From Planctomycetota bacterium (lineage in GTDB: Bacteria; Planctomycetota; SZUA-567; H5-PLA8), in the NCBI GenBank assembly GCA_045863855.1, contig BTVV01000012.1, positions 23,330 to 87,329 of the forward strand: DNA of 64,000 nucleotides. The letters run 5' to 3'. Numbering within the stretch: position 1 is the first letter of the stretch; every line of letters begins with the position of its first letter. The notes beneath the pieces were generated by a model. It was not told the DNA's origin, searched no databases, and saw only the letters and a list, made by a program, of their open reading frames with translations. A program made the position numbers and the translations under genes. Of this stretch, positions 26,755 to 36,124 are shown one piece after another.

Positions 26755-28398
26755 CTACAGCCGATCCAGCAAGTGCTGCTGGTCCGTGCCGGCCAGGCTG
26801 CCGCCGACGGCTTTGAAGTTCTTCAGATCGATCTCTTCAAGCCGGAACGTCGTCTCGTGGCGGATCGCGTTCAGCACCGTCTCGCCCGGCGCTTCCAGCG
26901 CCGCCCGTTCGGCCGGCGAAAGCCGGGCCACCCAGCGCGGAAATTGGCTGTTGGCGCGGCGCACGTTCGGATCGGGGGCGGGCTCCTGGAAGTTCAGGAA
27001 GCGCCCCTGCGCATCGAGCGAATCGGCGAAGCCGTGCCGCGCTTCCCAGGCCTCCAGATCGCGCCGCATCGCGTCGGCGCGCGCGCGGTGCTCCGGAGCG
27101 ACCGTTCCGAGCAATCGATTCTCGGCTTCGCGCGGATCGCTCGCGAGATCGTAGAGTTCTTCCCAGCCGTCGCGCAGTGCGTAGTGGTATTTCCAGGTTC
27201 CGCGGCGCAGGCAAAGCCAGCGGCCTTGGCGGCGGCCGTATTCGAGCACCAGTTCTTCGCGCGCCTGCTCCAACCCGCCGCCTTTGCGGCCCAGCAGCGA
27301 AGCGCCCGGCAGCGCCGGAGTCCCCGGGTACTTCGCTTCGGCCAGATCCAGGCAGGTTGGCGCGAGATCCAGCAGGCTGACCGGTTCTTCGCGCACGGTC
27401 CCGGCGTCGAACCGGCCGGGCAACCGCGCCAGCATCGGAATGCGCGTCGCCGCTTCGAACGGAACGCTCTTCTGCCACTGCCCGTGATCGCCCAGCATCT
27501 CGCCGTGGTCGGGCGTAAAGACGACGAGCGTGTTCGCCGCCAAGCCGGTCTCGTCGAGTGCGCGCAGGATCTTTCCGACGCCGTGGTCGATGAAGCTGAT
27601 CGAGGCGTAATACAGCGCGCGCACGCGCCGCAGCAGCGCGGGCGTCGCGGCGTACATGCTCGCGTAATCTTTCATGGGCCGCCGGTACGGCGGGATCGTT
27701 TCGGGTGCGCGGTCGTAATTGAACGGTTCCGGAATCGCCGCGGCGTCGTACATCGACGCCCACGGTTCGGGCGGGTTCCACGGCGGATGCGGCGCGATCC
27801 AGCTCGACCAGCAGAAGAAGGGCCGCTCGCGGTGCGCGCGGAGAAACTCCACGGTGCGGTCCGCGACCCAGGCGCTCCCGTGATGCTCCTCGGGAATCGC
27901 CGAAACCTGAGGCAGGTGATAGAGCAAGTTCCGCACGCCGTGAACTTCGCGCTTGTGCCCCAACCCATTCGCCTTCAGGTACATCAGATACTCGTCGTCC
28001 TCGCGGTAGTCGGGAATCTCCTCCATCAGCTCCATGCGCTGGAAGCCGAAATGCCTCCGCACCGGGCGGAAGTGCATTTTGCCGATGGCGCGCGTGACAT
28101 AACCGGCCGAACCCAAAAGCTGCGGCAGCGTATACACGAGCGGTTCGGGTTCGGGAACGTTGTTGTCGTGGCGTCCGTGCACCGCGCAACGCTGGCCGGT
28201 CATGAAGCTGTGCCGCGCCGCGATGCAGACGGGCACGGGCGTATACGCCTGGGCGAAGCGAGTGCCTTCGGCGGCGATGCGGTCCAGGTTCGGCGTGCGG
28301 ATCACCGGATGCCCCGCGCAACCCAGCGCGTCGGCGCGCATCTGATCGACCATCAGCACCAGTACATTGGGCGTGGCGGCTATTTTCGCGGCGGGCAT
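26755..28398 (-). CDS. Sulfatase (formylglycine-dependent; choline-sulfatase-like)
   Basis: PNVLVLMVDQMR, TPNLD, CIAARHSFMTG, GKMH, PHPP, DHGEMLGDHG. AAGGAAGG before ATG 28398. No signal peptide. Confidence 0.92.
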   Translation of the reverse strand: MPAAKIAATPNVLVLMVDQMRADALGCAGHPVIRTPNLDRIAAEGTRFAQAYTPVPVCIAARHSFMTGQRCAVHGRHDNNVPEPEPLVYTLPQLLGSAGYVTRAIGKMHFRPVRRHFGFQRMELMEEIPDYREDDEYLMYLKANGLGHKREVHGVRNLLYHLPQVSAIPEEHHGSAWVADRTVEFLRAHRERPFFCWSSWIAPHPPWNPPEPWASMYDAAAIPEPFNYDRAPETIPPYRRPMKDYASMYAATPALLRRVRALYYASISFIDHGVGKILRALDETGLAANTLVVFTPDHGEMLGDHGQWQKSVPFEAATRIPMLARLPGRFDAGTVREEPVSLLDLAPTCLDLAEAKYPGTPALPGASLLGRKGGGLEQAREELVLEYGRRQGRWLCLRRGTWKYHYALRDGWEELYDLASDPREAENRLLGTVAPEHRARADAMRRDLEAWEARHGFADSLDAQGRFLNFQEPAPDPNVRRANSQFPRWVARLSPAERAALEAPGETVLNAIRHETTFRLEEIDLKNFKAVGGSLAGTDQQHLLDRL

Positions 28399-28535
28399 AA
28401 GCCTTCCTTTCCAACGGGCGCGCAAGCCAATGCTTGTAGGAACGCAACCTACTATAGCACGAATGCGCGCGTACCGTGCCGCCCTGTCGATTACTCGATT
28501 TGACCTTACGCCCGGACGCGCGGTTGCTATCTTGA

Positions 28536-30002
28536 ATGGACATGAGCGCACTCGAATCCGAATCCAAAGCGACGCCGGTCTGGCGGCTCTGGCTGGCTTG
28601 CGTAACCGTCGCCCTGATGCCGCTCTCCTTCAACCTCGGCTATTACCTCGCTCACTGGCTTCCTCAGGCAGGCTTCCAGTTGCTGCCGAAGGGCCTGCAG
28701 CAGCATCTGCTCGACCAGAAGCCGCTTTATTTTTCGCCGCAGGATCCGCTGCTCGCGCTCTGGCTGGTCATCCTCGCTTGGGATCTCTTCAAAGGACGGC
28801 TCAAGGACTGGCTGCCGCCGGCGCCCAACTTGGTTTGGGCCGGCGTGGCTGTTTTGAGTTTCCTCTGGCTTCCCGAGGGTGGACGCGGCGCGTGGTTCAA
28901 GGCCGCGTTTTTGCAAACGGCGCTGCTGATCGTCTGCGGCGTCTGGATCTTCCGGCACATCGGGACCGATACGCGCACCTACCGCACGCTGGCGCTGGTG
29001 CTCGGCGCGAGTCTGGGACTGTGCCTGCTCTATGCGCTGTATCAGTACGTGGGTCCGATGGGCCGGCCGCTCAAGCCGGGCGAGAAGGATCTGGCGCTGG
29101 CCGGCGGCGTGACGAATGTGCGCATCGCGGGCTGGTACGGCTACCGCGGGCAACTCGCGGCGCAGGTGGCGCTCCTGGTCCCGGCGGCGGCGGCCTTCGC
29201 GGCGCTGGGACGAAACGCCGAAGTTCGCGTGGCGGCCGGCGCGTTGGCGATGCTGGGGATGTGCGTCTGTCTCAGCGCCGGAGGCGTCATCGCGGCCAGC
29301 GCCGGAGTGCTGGCGGTGGCCGCAGCGCTCTACGCCGCCCGCGACCGGCTTCACGGCGGGCCGCTCGTAACCACGCCGGCTTGGAAAGGCGCGCTCCTCG
29401 TAGGCGCTCTGATTCTGGTCTGGGGCGTCGTGTTGCCCCGGCTGCCGCGCGATCACGTCGCGAGTCTGTGGGATTCGCTCACCTTTTACCGCAAGGTCGA
29501 GACACCCAAAGGCCTGCGCGAGGAATCCACCGCGCGCCTGCGCAGGCACCAGGCCGCGTTGAAGCTGCTGAGCAAAGACGAACGCTGGAAGACGGGCGTC
29601 GGAGCCGGACAGTTCCAGGGCAGCGTGAACGTCTTTTACGACGTGGCCTATCCGAAGCCCGGCGCGAACACCGACGACGAAGCGGCCTTCGACCAGGAAG
29701 CCGACGAACCGTTCACTTTCGGACTGTACGAGACGACGGCGGTGGAACTGGGCTTGGGCGGGCTCTTGGCGGCACTCTGGGTGTACCTGGCCTGGGGCGC
29801 GTCGGCCTTTTCGGCGCTGCTGCGACTGGACGACCCGGACGCACGCGTGCTGGCCCTGGCCAGCCTGGGTGCGGCGGTGGGCGCGGCAGTCTTCTCGATT
29901 TTCGGACATCCGCTCGTGCGAGGTTGCGGCGGGACGCTCTGCTTTTTCATGGGGCTGGCTTTATTTCTGAATGCGCGGGCGGCCGAAAGGAAATCGGCCT
30001 GA
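28536..30002 (+). CDS. O-antigen ligase (Wzy_C)-like polytopic membrane protein
   Basis: About 11-12 TM segments; late periplasmic loop with R.....A, TGVGAGQF and ELGLGG. Confidence 0.65.
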   Translation: MDMSALESESKATPVWRLWLACVTVALMPLSFNLGYYLAHWLPQAGFQLLPKGLQQHLLDQKPLYFSPQDPLLALWLVILAWDLFKGRLKDWLPPAPNLVWAGVAVLSFLWLPEGGRGAWFKAAFLQTALLIVCGVWIFRHIGTDTRTYRTLALVLGASLGLCLLYALYQYVGPMGRPLKPGEKDLALAGGVTNVRIAGWYGYRGQLAAQVALLVPAAAAFAALGRNAEVRVAAGALAMLGMCVCLSAGGVIAASAGVLAVAAALYAARDRLHGGPLVTTPAWKGALLVGALILVWGVVLPRLPRDHVASLWDSLTFYRKVETPKGLREESTARLRRHQAALKLLSKDERWKTGVGAGQFQGSVNVFYDVAYPKPGANTDDEAAFDQEADEPFTFGLYETTAVELGLGGLLAALWVYLAWGASAFSALLRLDDPDARVLALASLGAAVGAAVFSIFGHPLVRGCGGTLCFFMGLALFLNARAAERKSA

Positions 30003-30050
30003 ACCGTAAGAATCGGTGTTGCGGCTAAATTTTGCGGACGGGGCGCGGCC

Positions 30051-31013
30051 ATGATCGTCTGCGAGCACCTGACGCGGTACTACGGCAGCTTCGTCGCCGT
30101 GGACGACGTTTGCTTCGAACTGCCTTCCGGTTCGGTCTGCGCCATGGTCGGGCCCAACGGCGCCGGCAAGTCCACGACCATGCGCATGCTGGCGACGCTC
30201 CTCCTGCCTTCGCGCGGGCACGCGCGAATCGCCGGGCTGGATGTCGTCGAACGCCGCGACGACGTACGCCAGTTGCTCGGCTACCTGCCCGAAGCCTTCT
30301 CGTTCTACGACGACATGATTGTCGAACGTTACCTGATGTTCTTCGCGCTGGCGTACAATCTCGATCCCGCCATGGCGCAGGAGCGCATCGAAGACTTCCT
30401 CGAACGCCTGGGGCTGGGCGATAAGCGCGCGGAAAAAGTCGGCGCGCTCTCCCGCGGCATGAAACAGCGCCTCGGCGTGGCCAAAAGCTTCCTGCACGAT
30501 CCGCAGGTCGTGTTGCTCGACGAACCGGCCAGCGGCCTCGACCCCGTGGCGCGCGCCGAACTGCGCGACTTCCTGCGCTACCAGCAGCACTTGGGCAAAA
30601 CAGTGGTGGTCAGCAGCCACGTGCTCAAGGAACTTGCGGACTTCTGCGAATACATCCTGATCCTCGACGACGGGCGCGTGAAGGAATTCGGGCGCCTTTC
30701 GGGCAGCGGCGGCGTGCTGGCGCGCTACAGCGGCCTCGCGGCCGGCGGGTTGCGCTACACGTTCCGCGTCCTGAAAGACGCCCCGCGCTTGGAACTGATC
30801 CTGAAGGATACGCTGGGCGTGACGGGCGTGACCCGGCGCGACCAGACGGTCGAGTGCGAGATTGCCGGCGGCGAAGAAGCGGCCGCGGCGATCCTGGCGC
30901 AGGTCGCGGGCGCCGGGATACCGGTCACGCGCTTCGCGCCCGAAGTCATGGATCTGGAAGGCGTGTACCGCAAGGCCGCCGGCGCCGAACGGCTGGGCGG
31001 AGGCGGCGCATGA
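30051..31013 (+). CDS. ABC-2 type exporter ATP-binding protein
   Basis: Walker A GPNGAGKST, signature LSRGMKQR, Walker B LLDEP, SSH. Confidence 0.95.
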   Translation: MIVCEHLTRYYGSFVAVDDVCFELPSGSVCAMVGPNGAGKSTTMRMLATLLLPSRGHARIAGLDVVERRDDVRQLLGYLPEAFSFYDDMIVERYLMFFALAYNLDPAMAQERIEDFLERLGLGDKRAEKVGALSRGMKQRLGVAKSFLHDPQVVLLDEPASGLDPVARAELRDFLRYQQHLGKTVVVSSHVLKELADFCEYILILDDGRVKEFGRLSGSGGVLARYSGLAAGGLRYTFRVLKDAPRLELILKDTLGVTGVTRRDQTVECEIAGGEEAAAAILAQVAGAGIPVTRFAPEVMDLEGVYRKAAGAERLGGGGA

Positions 31014-32935
31014 ACGGACCCGAAACCGCGCCTCCGGTGGAAGCCGTGCCCGAAATGCGCACGCGCTCCGTGCCCGTGGATACCCCAGCCGCCGAACGAC
31101 GAACGCTCCTGCATTACCTGGGACTGCCCTTCTATTACCGCCACACGCCGCCGCAGGTCCTGCGCCGCACGATCTTCTGGGGCTCCGCCGCCGCATTGCT
31201 CCTGCTCTTCTCGTCGCACGCGATCATGATGCCGGTCGACCGCGATTCGCTCCTCCATTCGTTCCGCCAGATCTGGCCGTTCGACGGGATGCGCGAGTTT
31301 TCCACCATCCAGTCCGGATTCGCGACCCTCTATTTCGAACTGACCATCTTCGCGATCATCATCTCCTCGATCCTCGCGCCGCTCCATTCGACGTATTCTT
31401 TCTGCACCGAGCGCGTGACGGGAACCCTGGAGTTCCTCCGGCTGGCTCCGATGCCGACGACCGGCTTGGTCCTTGGCAAGCTCTTCGCCCCGGCGTGGCC
31501 CGCCCACGCGATCAGCGCCGCGCTCCTGGTGGTGAGCTTCCCGATGGCATGGCTGGGCGAGTTGGAACTTTCATCGGTCTTCCTCGTCGTGCTTTCGGTG
31601 GTCGGAATGACGATCACCATCACCGCCATCGGCGGATTGCTGGCCTGCGCCACCTCGGCCATGCGCGGATTCGTCTCCGTTGGAGCGCTCTTGACGATCG
31701 GCTTCTTCCTCCACTTTCTGCCGATGATCGCGCTGGAACTTTCGGGCCTCGAGTTCGTCGCCTTCCTCTCCCCGTGGGGCGCGCTGGATACGTGCTTCTG
31801 GCAGGAGTTTCATTCCTCCACCCGGTACGTGGGAATGCCCAAGGCCTATTTCATGGGCGTTGCGAGTCTGGCGTGGTTCTTCATCGCCTTCTTCCACTTG
31901 GCGCTTTCCGCGCTGCTGGTCTGGGCCTCGGCGAACAAGTTGGATCATCCCGAGCACTCGGCGTTGTCGCGTAAGGGTTGGCTGCTCGTGTGGGGTCTCT
32001 TCGCTTTATCCGCGCTGGGCATCGTGCCCAACCCCGTTCGCGCCAGCGGAGTTTACTCTTACTATGGCGGTTCCTGGACCTGGCTCATCGCTGCGTTCAC
32101 GATGCTGTGGGCCTTTGCGGCCGTCTGCGGACTGGCCCTTCTCGACCATCCCTTCTCCCGCGACGCGGCGCTGACCGAATCCTGCGAACGGATGGCCGGA
32201 CATCCCAAACCACGCGGCGGAATCCTGGACCGCATCGGCCATGCCGGATTTGCGGCCCTGCTGGTCTTCATCAGCGGCGCCCTGATCGTATTCGGATTCA
32301 ACCAAGTCATGCTCAGCACAAGCCGGCCTTCCGATCTCGAAGAACAGGAGGCCTTCACGCAGATCGCTCTATTGCTCTGGTTCGGCGCCACCGGCCTCGC
32401 CTGGCTGGTCGGCGTGATCCTCGAGGCGATCGCCGTGAAGCTGCGCAATTTCGTCGCGCGCGTCGTCCTGGGCCACATCCTGATCGGATTGCTCGCGGCT
32501 TTGGTGATCGTTCCACTCGTGGACGTGCAGCAGAGCTACTACGGCTGGCGCCGCTCGCTCGACTGCCAGCGCGAATTGCTGCATCCGTCCTTGAACCGGT
32601 GGCCGTCCAACAGCTCCCAGCAGCAGCGCGCGCAGTGGGCTCGCCAGAACGCCGAATACGAATTGAAGTACCTGCGCAAGCGCTACGATTTCGACCGCTA
32701 CGTCGCCGGCTTGGATACGCCGGATAAAATCGACGCCGAACTCGAACGATACAAAGGGCGCAACGTTTCCTGGTTTTGGGCCTATCACCCGCAGGCCATG
32801 CTGCTGTATCCCTGCCCGCTCCTGCTGTTCATCGTACTGATGCTGTTTTGGCGGCGTTGGACCTACCGCGGTTTAGAACGCGAAGCGCGCAAGGCCTTGA
32901 AGCTCGACGCCCCGCCCGCGCCTCAGCCTTCCTGA
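31010..32935 (+). CDS. ABC-2 type exporter permease-like membrane protein
   Basis: ATGA overlap with the ATPase gene; ERVTGTLEFLRLAPM...LVLGK motif; many TM segments. Confidence 0.8.
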   Translation: MNGPETAPPVEAVPEMRTRSVPVDTPAAERRTLLHYLGLPFYYRHTPPQVLRRTIFWGSAAALLLLFSSHAIMMPVDRDSLLHSFRQIWPFDGMREFSTIQSGFATLYFELTIFAIIISSILAPLHSTYSFCTERVTGTLEFLRLAPMPTTGLVLGKLFAPAWPAHAISAALLVVSFPMAWLGELELSSVFLVVLSVVGMTITITAIGGLLACATSAMRGFVSVGALLTIGFFLHFLPMIALELSGLEFVAFLSPWGALDTCFWQEFHSSTRYVGMPKAYFMGVASLAWFFIAFFHLALSALLVWASANKLDHPEHSALSRKGWLLVWGLFALSALGIVPNPVRASGVYSYYGGSWTWLIAAFTMLWAFAAVCGLALLDHPFSRDAALTESCERMAGHPKPRGGILDRIGHAGFAALLVFISGALIVFGFNQVMLSTSRPSDLEEQEAFTQIALLLWFGATGLAWLVGVILEAIAVKLRNFVARVVLGHILIGLLAALVIVPLVDVQQSYYGWRRSLDCQRELLHPSLNRWPSNSSQQQRAQWARQNAEYELKYLRKRYDFDRYVAGLDTPDKIDAELERYKGRNVSWFWAYHPQAMLLYPCPLLLFIVLMLFWRRWTYRGLEREARKALKLDAPPAPQPS

Positions 32936-34461
32936 GCGAGATCGCGCTTCAGCACCTTCCCCGACGCGTTGCGCGGCAGGCGCTCCAGGATGCGGACCGT
33001 CCGCGGCAGCTTGAACGCGGCCAGTTTTTCGCCCAAATAGCGGCGCAGATCCTTCTCTGTCGTCTGTTGGCCCTGCCGCAGCACCACCGCGGCGTGAACC
33101 ACCTCGCCCAGCGCTTTGTCCGGTTTCCCGAAGACCGCCGCCTCTTGCACCGCCGGATGCCCGCACAGTGCGTTCTCCACCTCGATCGGATACACGTTCT
33201 CGCCCGCGACGATGATCAGTTCCTTCTTGCGCCCCTGCAGGAACAAGAACCCTTCTTCGTCCAGATACGCGGTATCGCCGGTGTGAAACCAGCCGCCGCG
33301 CAGCGCCTCCGCCGTGGCTTCGTCCCGCTTGAAATAACCCTTCAGCACGCTCGGCCCGCGAATAACCAGCTCCCCTACCGCCCGCGCCGGTAACGGCCGG
33401 TCGGCGTCGTCGACGATGCGCAGTTCCAGCCCCGGCGGCGGCAGGCCCACCGAATCGGATCGCCTCAGCACCTGGTCGTCCGGAAGCACGGTGCTCACCG
33501 ACGTCGTCTCCGTCAGGCCGAAGAAATTGTGCAACTCCACGCCCGGAAAGCGCTCGCGCAACTTCAGGATCGTCTGCGGAGACATCGGCGCACCGCTGTA
33601 GCAGATCAGGCGCAGCGATGCGGTCTTGCCGGGATCTTGCGCGGGCAAGTTGGTCAGCAGGTAAAACGTGGTCGGTACGCCGAAGAAGGTCGTGCAGCCG
33701 TGCCGTGCGATCGTCTCGAGCAGATCCTCGGGATCGGCCTGCGCGCTGACCACCAGCTTCGCGCCTTGCTCGAACGCCGTGGGCATGATCGTGTTCAGCC
33801 CCGTGACGTGAAAGAGCGGCACGACGAGCAGGTGGACATCTTCCGGCCGCAGCCCGTGGCTGTGCTTCGTCGACGCCACGTTGTACAGGATATTCCCGTG
33901 CGTCAGCATCGCGCCTTTGGGGCGGCCGGTGGTGCCCGAGGTGTAAATGATCGCGGCGACGTCGTCGCGCTCCGGTTCCGGCCGCGGCGGCGCTTCGCCG
34001 GGCTCTTCGAGCCACGCGTCGAGGCGCTCGGAACCGGGCGGTATTGCGGCCTCCGCGCGAAAGCCGACCGCGATTCGATGCTTCAGGCCCGGCAGCTTCG
34101 CCAGCGCGCCTTGCGCGGCGGCCAGCGTGGACGGGTGCAGGAAGAGCGCCTGCGCTTCGCTGTCGCCGAGAATGAACTCCAACTCTTCCGCGCGCAGCCG
34201 CGCGTTCACCGGAACGGCCACCGCCCCGGCCCGCAATATTCCGAAGTACAGCGGCAGAAAATCCACCGTGTTGGGCAGCAGCAGCGCGACGTGCTGGCCG
34301 GGACGCACGCCGCAGCGACGCGCCAACGCCGCAGCGACCCGTTCGGACCGCGCATGCAGCTCGGCGAAGGTCAGCTCAGCGTCGCCGGAGGCGCTTACGG
34401 CGCTTGTTCGGGAGCCGTAGCGGTGTGCGGCATGGTCGAGCAGATCGAGCAGGTTCTTCAT
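32923..34461 (-). CDS. AMP-dependent acyl-CoA ligase (long-chain fatty acid-CoA ligase-like)
   Basis: YTSGTTGRPKG, FGLTET, GWFHTGD, GRKKELII.AGENVYP.EVE, PRNASGKV. Confidence 0.93.
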   Translation of the reverse strand: MKNLLDLLDHAAHRYGSRTSAVSASGDAELTFAELHARSERVAAALARRCGVRPGQHVALLLPNTVDFLPLYFGILRAGAVAVPVNARLRAEELEFILGDSEAQALFLHPSTLAAAQGALAKLPGLKHRIAVGFRAEAAIPPGSERLDAWLEEPGEAPPRPEPERDDVAAIIYTSGTTGRPKGAMLTHGNILYNVASTKHSHGLRPEDVHLLVVPLFHVTGLNTIMPTAFEQGAKLVVSAQADPEDLLETIARHGCTTFFGVPTTFYLLTNLPAQDPGKTASLRLICYSGAPMSPQTILKLRERFPGVELHNFFGLTETTSVSTVLPDDQVLRRSDSVGLPPPGLELRIVDDADRPLPARAVGELVIRGPSVLKGYFKRDEATAEALRGGWFHTGDTAYLDEEGFLFLQGRKKELIIVAGENVYPIEVENALCGHPAVQEAAVFGKPDKALGEVVHAAVVLRQGQQTTEKDLRRYLGEKLAAFKLPRTVRILERLPRNASGKVLKRDLAQEG

Positions 34462-34665
34462 GGCTCCATGGTAGAAACGCGGGGTTAAACTGCAACGCAC
34501 GAGCGCTCGCACAGGTGCGTATGTCCGGTGTATCTATTTCATCACCCCCTATGGCCTCGGCGTTGCACGACATGGTGCATCCTGCTAAGGTTAGCTTTTC
34601 GGACGGGCCAGACGCCCGTATAGACGCTGTTCTCTAAGGCCCTCCGTCCCTGCGGGTTGGGTGTA

Positions 34666-36039
34666 ATGCGCATTCTATACTGCGAAACCTGCGGAAGGCG
34701 CGTCAGCCCGCGCGATCTGGAAACGGGACGAGTTAAACTTCGCGGCGAATTGGTTATGTGGTGTCCGAGCTGCCCGCAGGAAGCCGGCGTGCCGGCCGAA
34801 CATGCGGTGGCTCAAGTGGCCCAAGCCCCGGCACCGCCGCAGGCTCCCGCCCCGGCCGCACCCTCGGGACGGCCGGGCACCGGCGGCCATCCGTCGATGG
34901 TCGATCCGCCTCAGCAGGACATCGTGCGCATGCGCCGCCGCACCACCAGCCAGACCGGCTTGGGCCGGCGCACCCCTGCGGCGCCGTCCACGCGCGTGGT
35001 CCGCTCCGGCCGCAGCGCTTCGCCTGCCGAAGGTACACCCGCGCGGCGCGCGCGTCCCGTGCGTAGCGAGATTCGCCCGCTGCCCGCCGGCGGCATCGGT
35101 ACGCCGATGGCCCGCCGCAGCGGCGAGGAAAAGGCCGCCACCGACCCGACCATGATCTACATGATCGTCGGCGCCGTCTTGCTCCTCTTCGGGATCTTCC
35201 TCGTCGGCTACGCGCTGCTCTTCAAAAAAGATGCACCGCCGCCGCGCGCGCCCCAGGAACACACTACGGCCGGCGGAACCGAACGCACCGGGAGTTCGTC
35301 CGCCCCAGCGGCCGCGAAGACCACAAGCCAGCCGGAGAGCCGCCCCGCCGTGCCGCTGGGACGTCAAAGCTCGCTGGCCGATCTACCCGCCGACCAGTTC
35401 CCGCGCCTCAAGATTCCAAAACCCATCAGTCCGCCCAGCATCGACGGCAGGCTCGACGATCGTTCCTGGTCGCGCGCCATTCCGCAGCGCCTGCGTTTCG
35501 CGGACGGCCGCGAGACGCGCCCGCTGGGCGATACCGAGTTCTGGGTGCTGGCCACTGAAAAATTCCTCTACGTCGCCGCGCGGCTGAGCGAGCCCGAAAT
35601 GGCCCAGATCGTCAAGACGCCGCGCAAACGCGACGAAGGCGTTTGGCAGGACGACTGTGTCGAGATCTTCATCATCCCCGGCCTCGATGCCTCGAAGCCG
35701 AAGTATCAGTGGGTGTTGAGTATCGCCGGAAGCGTCATGGACGGCTCGGGCGCGGGATCGGAAGTCAAGAGCGAGGCTTGGGATATCGAGGCCAAATTTG
35801 CGATCTTCGAAGGCAAGGACTACTGGACCCTGGAAGCCGCGCTCCCGATCGACGGCATCCCGGACGCCGAAAAAGCGCCGCTTTGGCGCTTCAACCTCAC
35901 CCGGAACCGACCCGCGCGCGAAGGCCAGTCGCGGCCCGTAGAGAATACGTCCTGGGCCAATTTGCAGTCGCCCTCCAACCAGACGCCCGCGCGCTTCGGG
36001 GTCGTGGCCGTGGAAGCCTTGGGCGGAAAGCTCCCGTAA
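34666..36039 (+). CDS. Zinc finger + disordered linker + TM + CBM9-like sugar-binding domain protein
   Basis: CETC...CPSC, Pro/Arg-rich linker, TM segment (MIYMIVGAVLLLFGIFLVGYALLF), PSIDGRLDD..W, VWQDDCVEIF, WTLEAALP, WRFNLTR. Confidence 0.8.
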   Translation: MRILYCETCGRRVSPRDLETGRVKLRGELVMWCPSCPQEAGVPAEHAVAQVAQAPAPPQAPAPAAPSGRPGTGGHPSMVDPPQQDIVRMRRRTTSQTGLGRRTPAAPSTRVVRSGRSASPAEGTPARRARPVRSEIRPLPAGGIGTPMARRSGEEKAATDPTMIYMIVGAVLLLFGIFLVGYALLFKKDAPPPRAPQEHTTAGGTERTGSSSAPAAAKTTSQPESRPAVPLGRQSSLADLPADQFPRLKIPKPISPPSIDGRLDDRSWSRAIPQRLRFADGRETRPLGDTEFWVLATEKFLYVAARLSEPEMAQIVKTPRKRDEGVWQDDCVEIFIIPGLDASKPKYQWVLSIAGSVMDGSGAGSEVKSEAWDIEAKFAIFEGKDYWTLEAALPIDGIPDAEKAPLWRFNLTRNRPAREGQSRPVENTSWANLQSPSNQTPARFGVVAVEALGGKLP

Positions 36040-36124
36040 TCGCGCCGGACCGCGGGTTCGATCGCGCCCGCTCCTCCACTGTAATCGCAGCAAGGAACGC
36101 CGAAGAAGCGTTGCGAGGAAGTGC

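Noticed and set aside
34552..34567. Sigma54 promoter TGGCCTCGGCGTTGCA (and a weaker match on the minus strand near 52090-52106 upstream of pilM)
   Set aside because: GG-N10-GC spacing fits, but the -24 element matches poorly and such hits are frequent by chance in GC-rich DNA.
36047..36080. Intact tRNA or tmRNA gene
   Set aside because: Only a T-arm-like fragment with a wrong loop size is present. The upstream sequence is coding and no cloverleaf forms.
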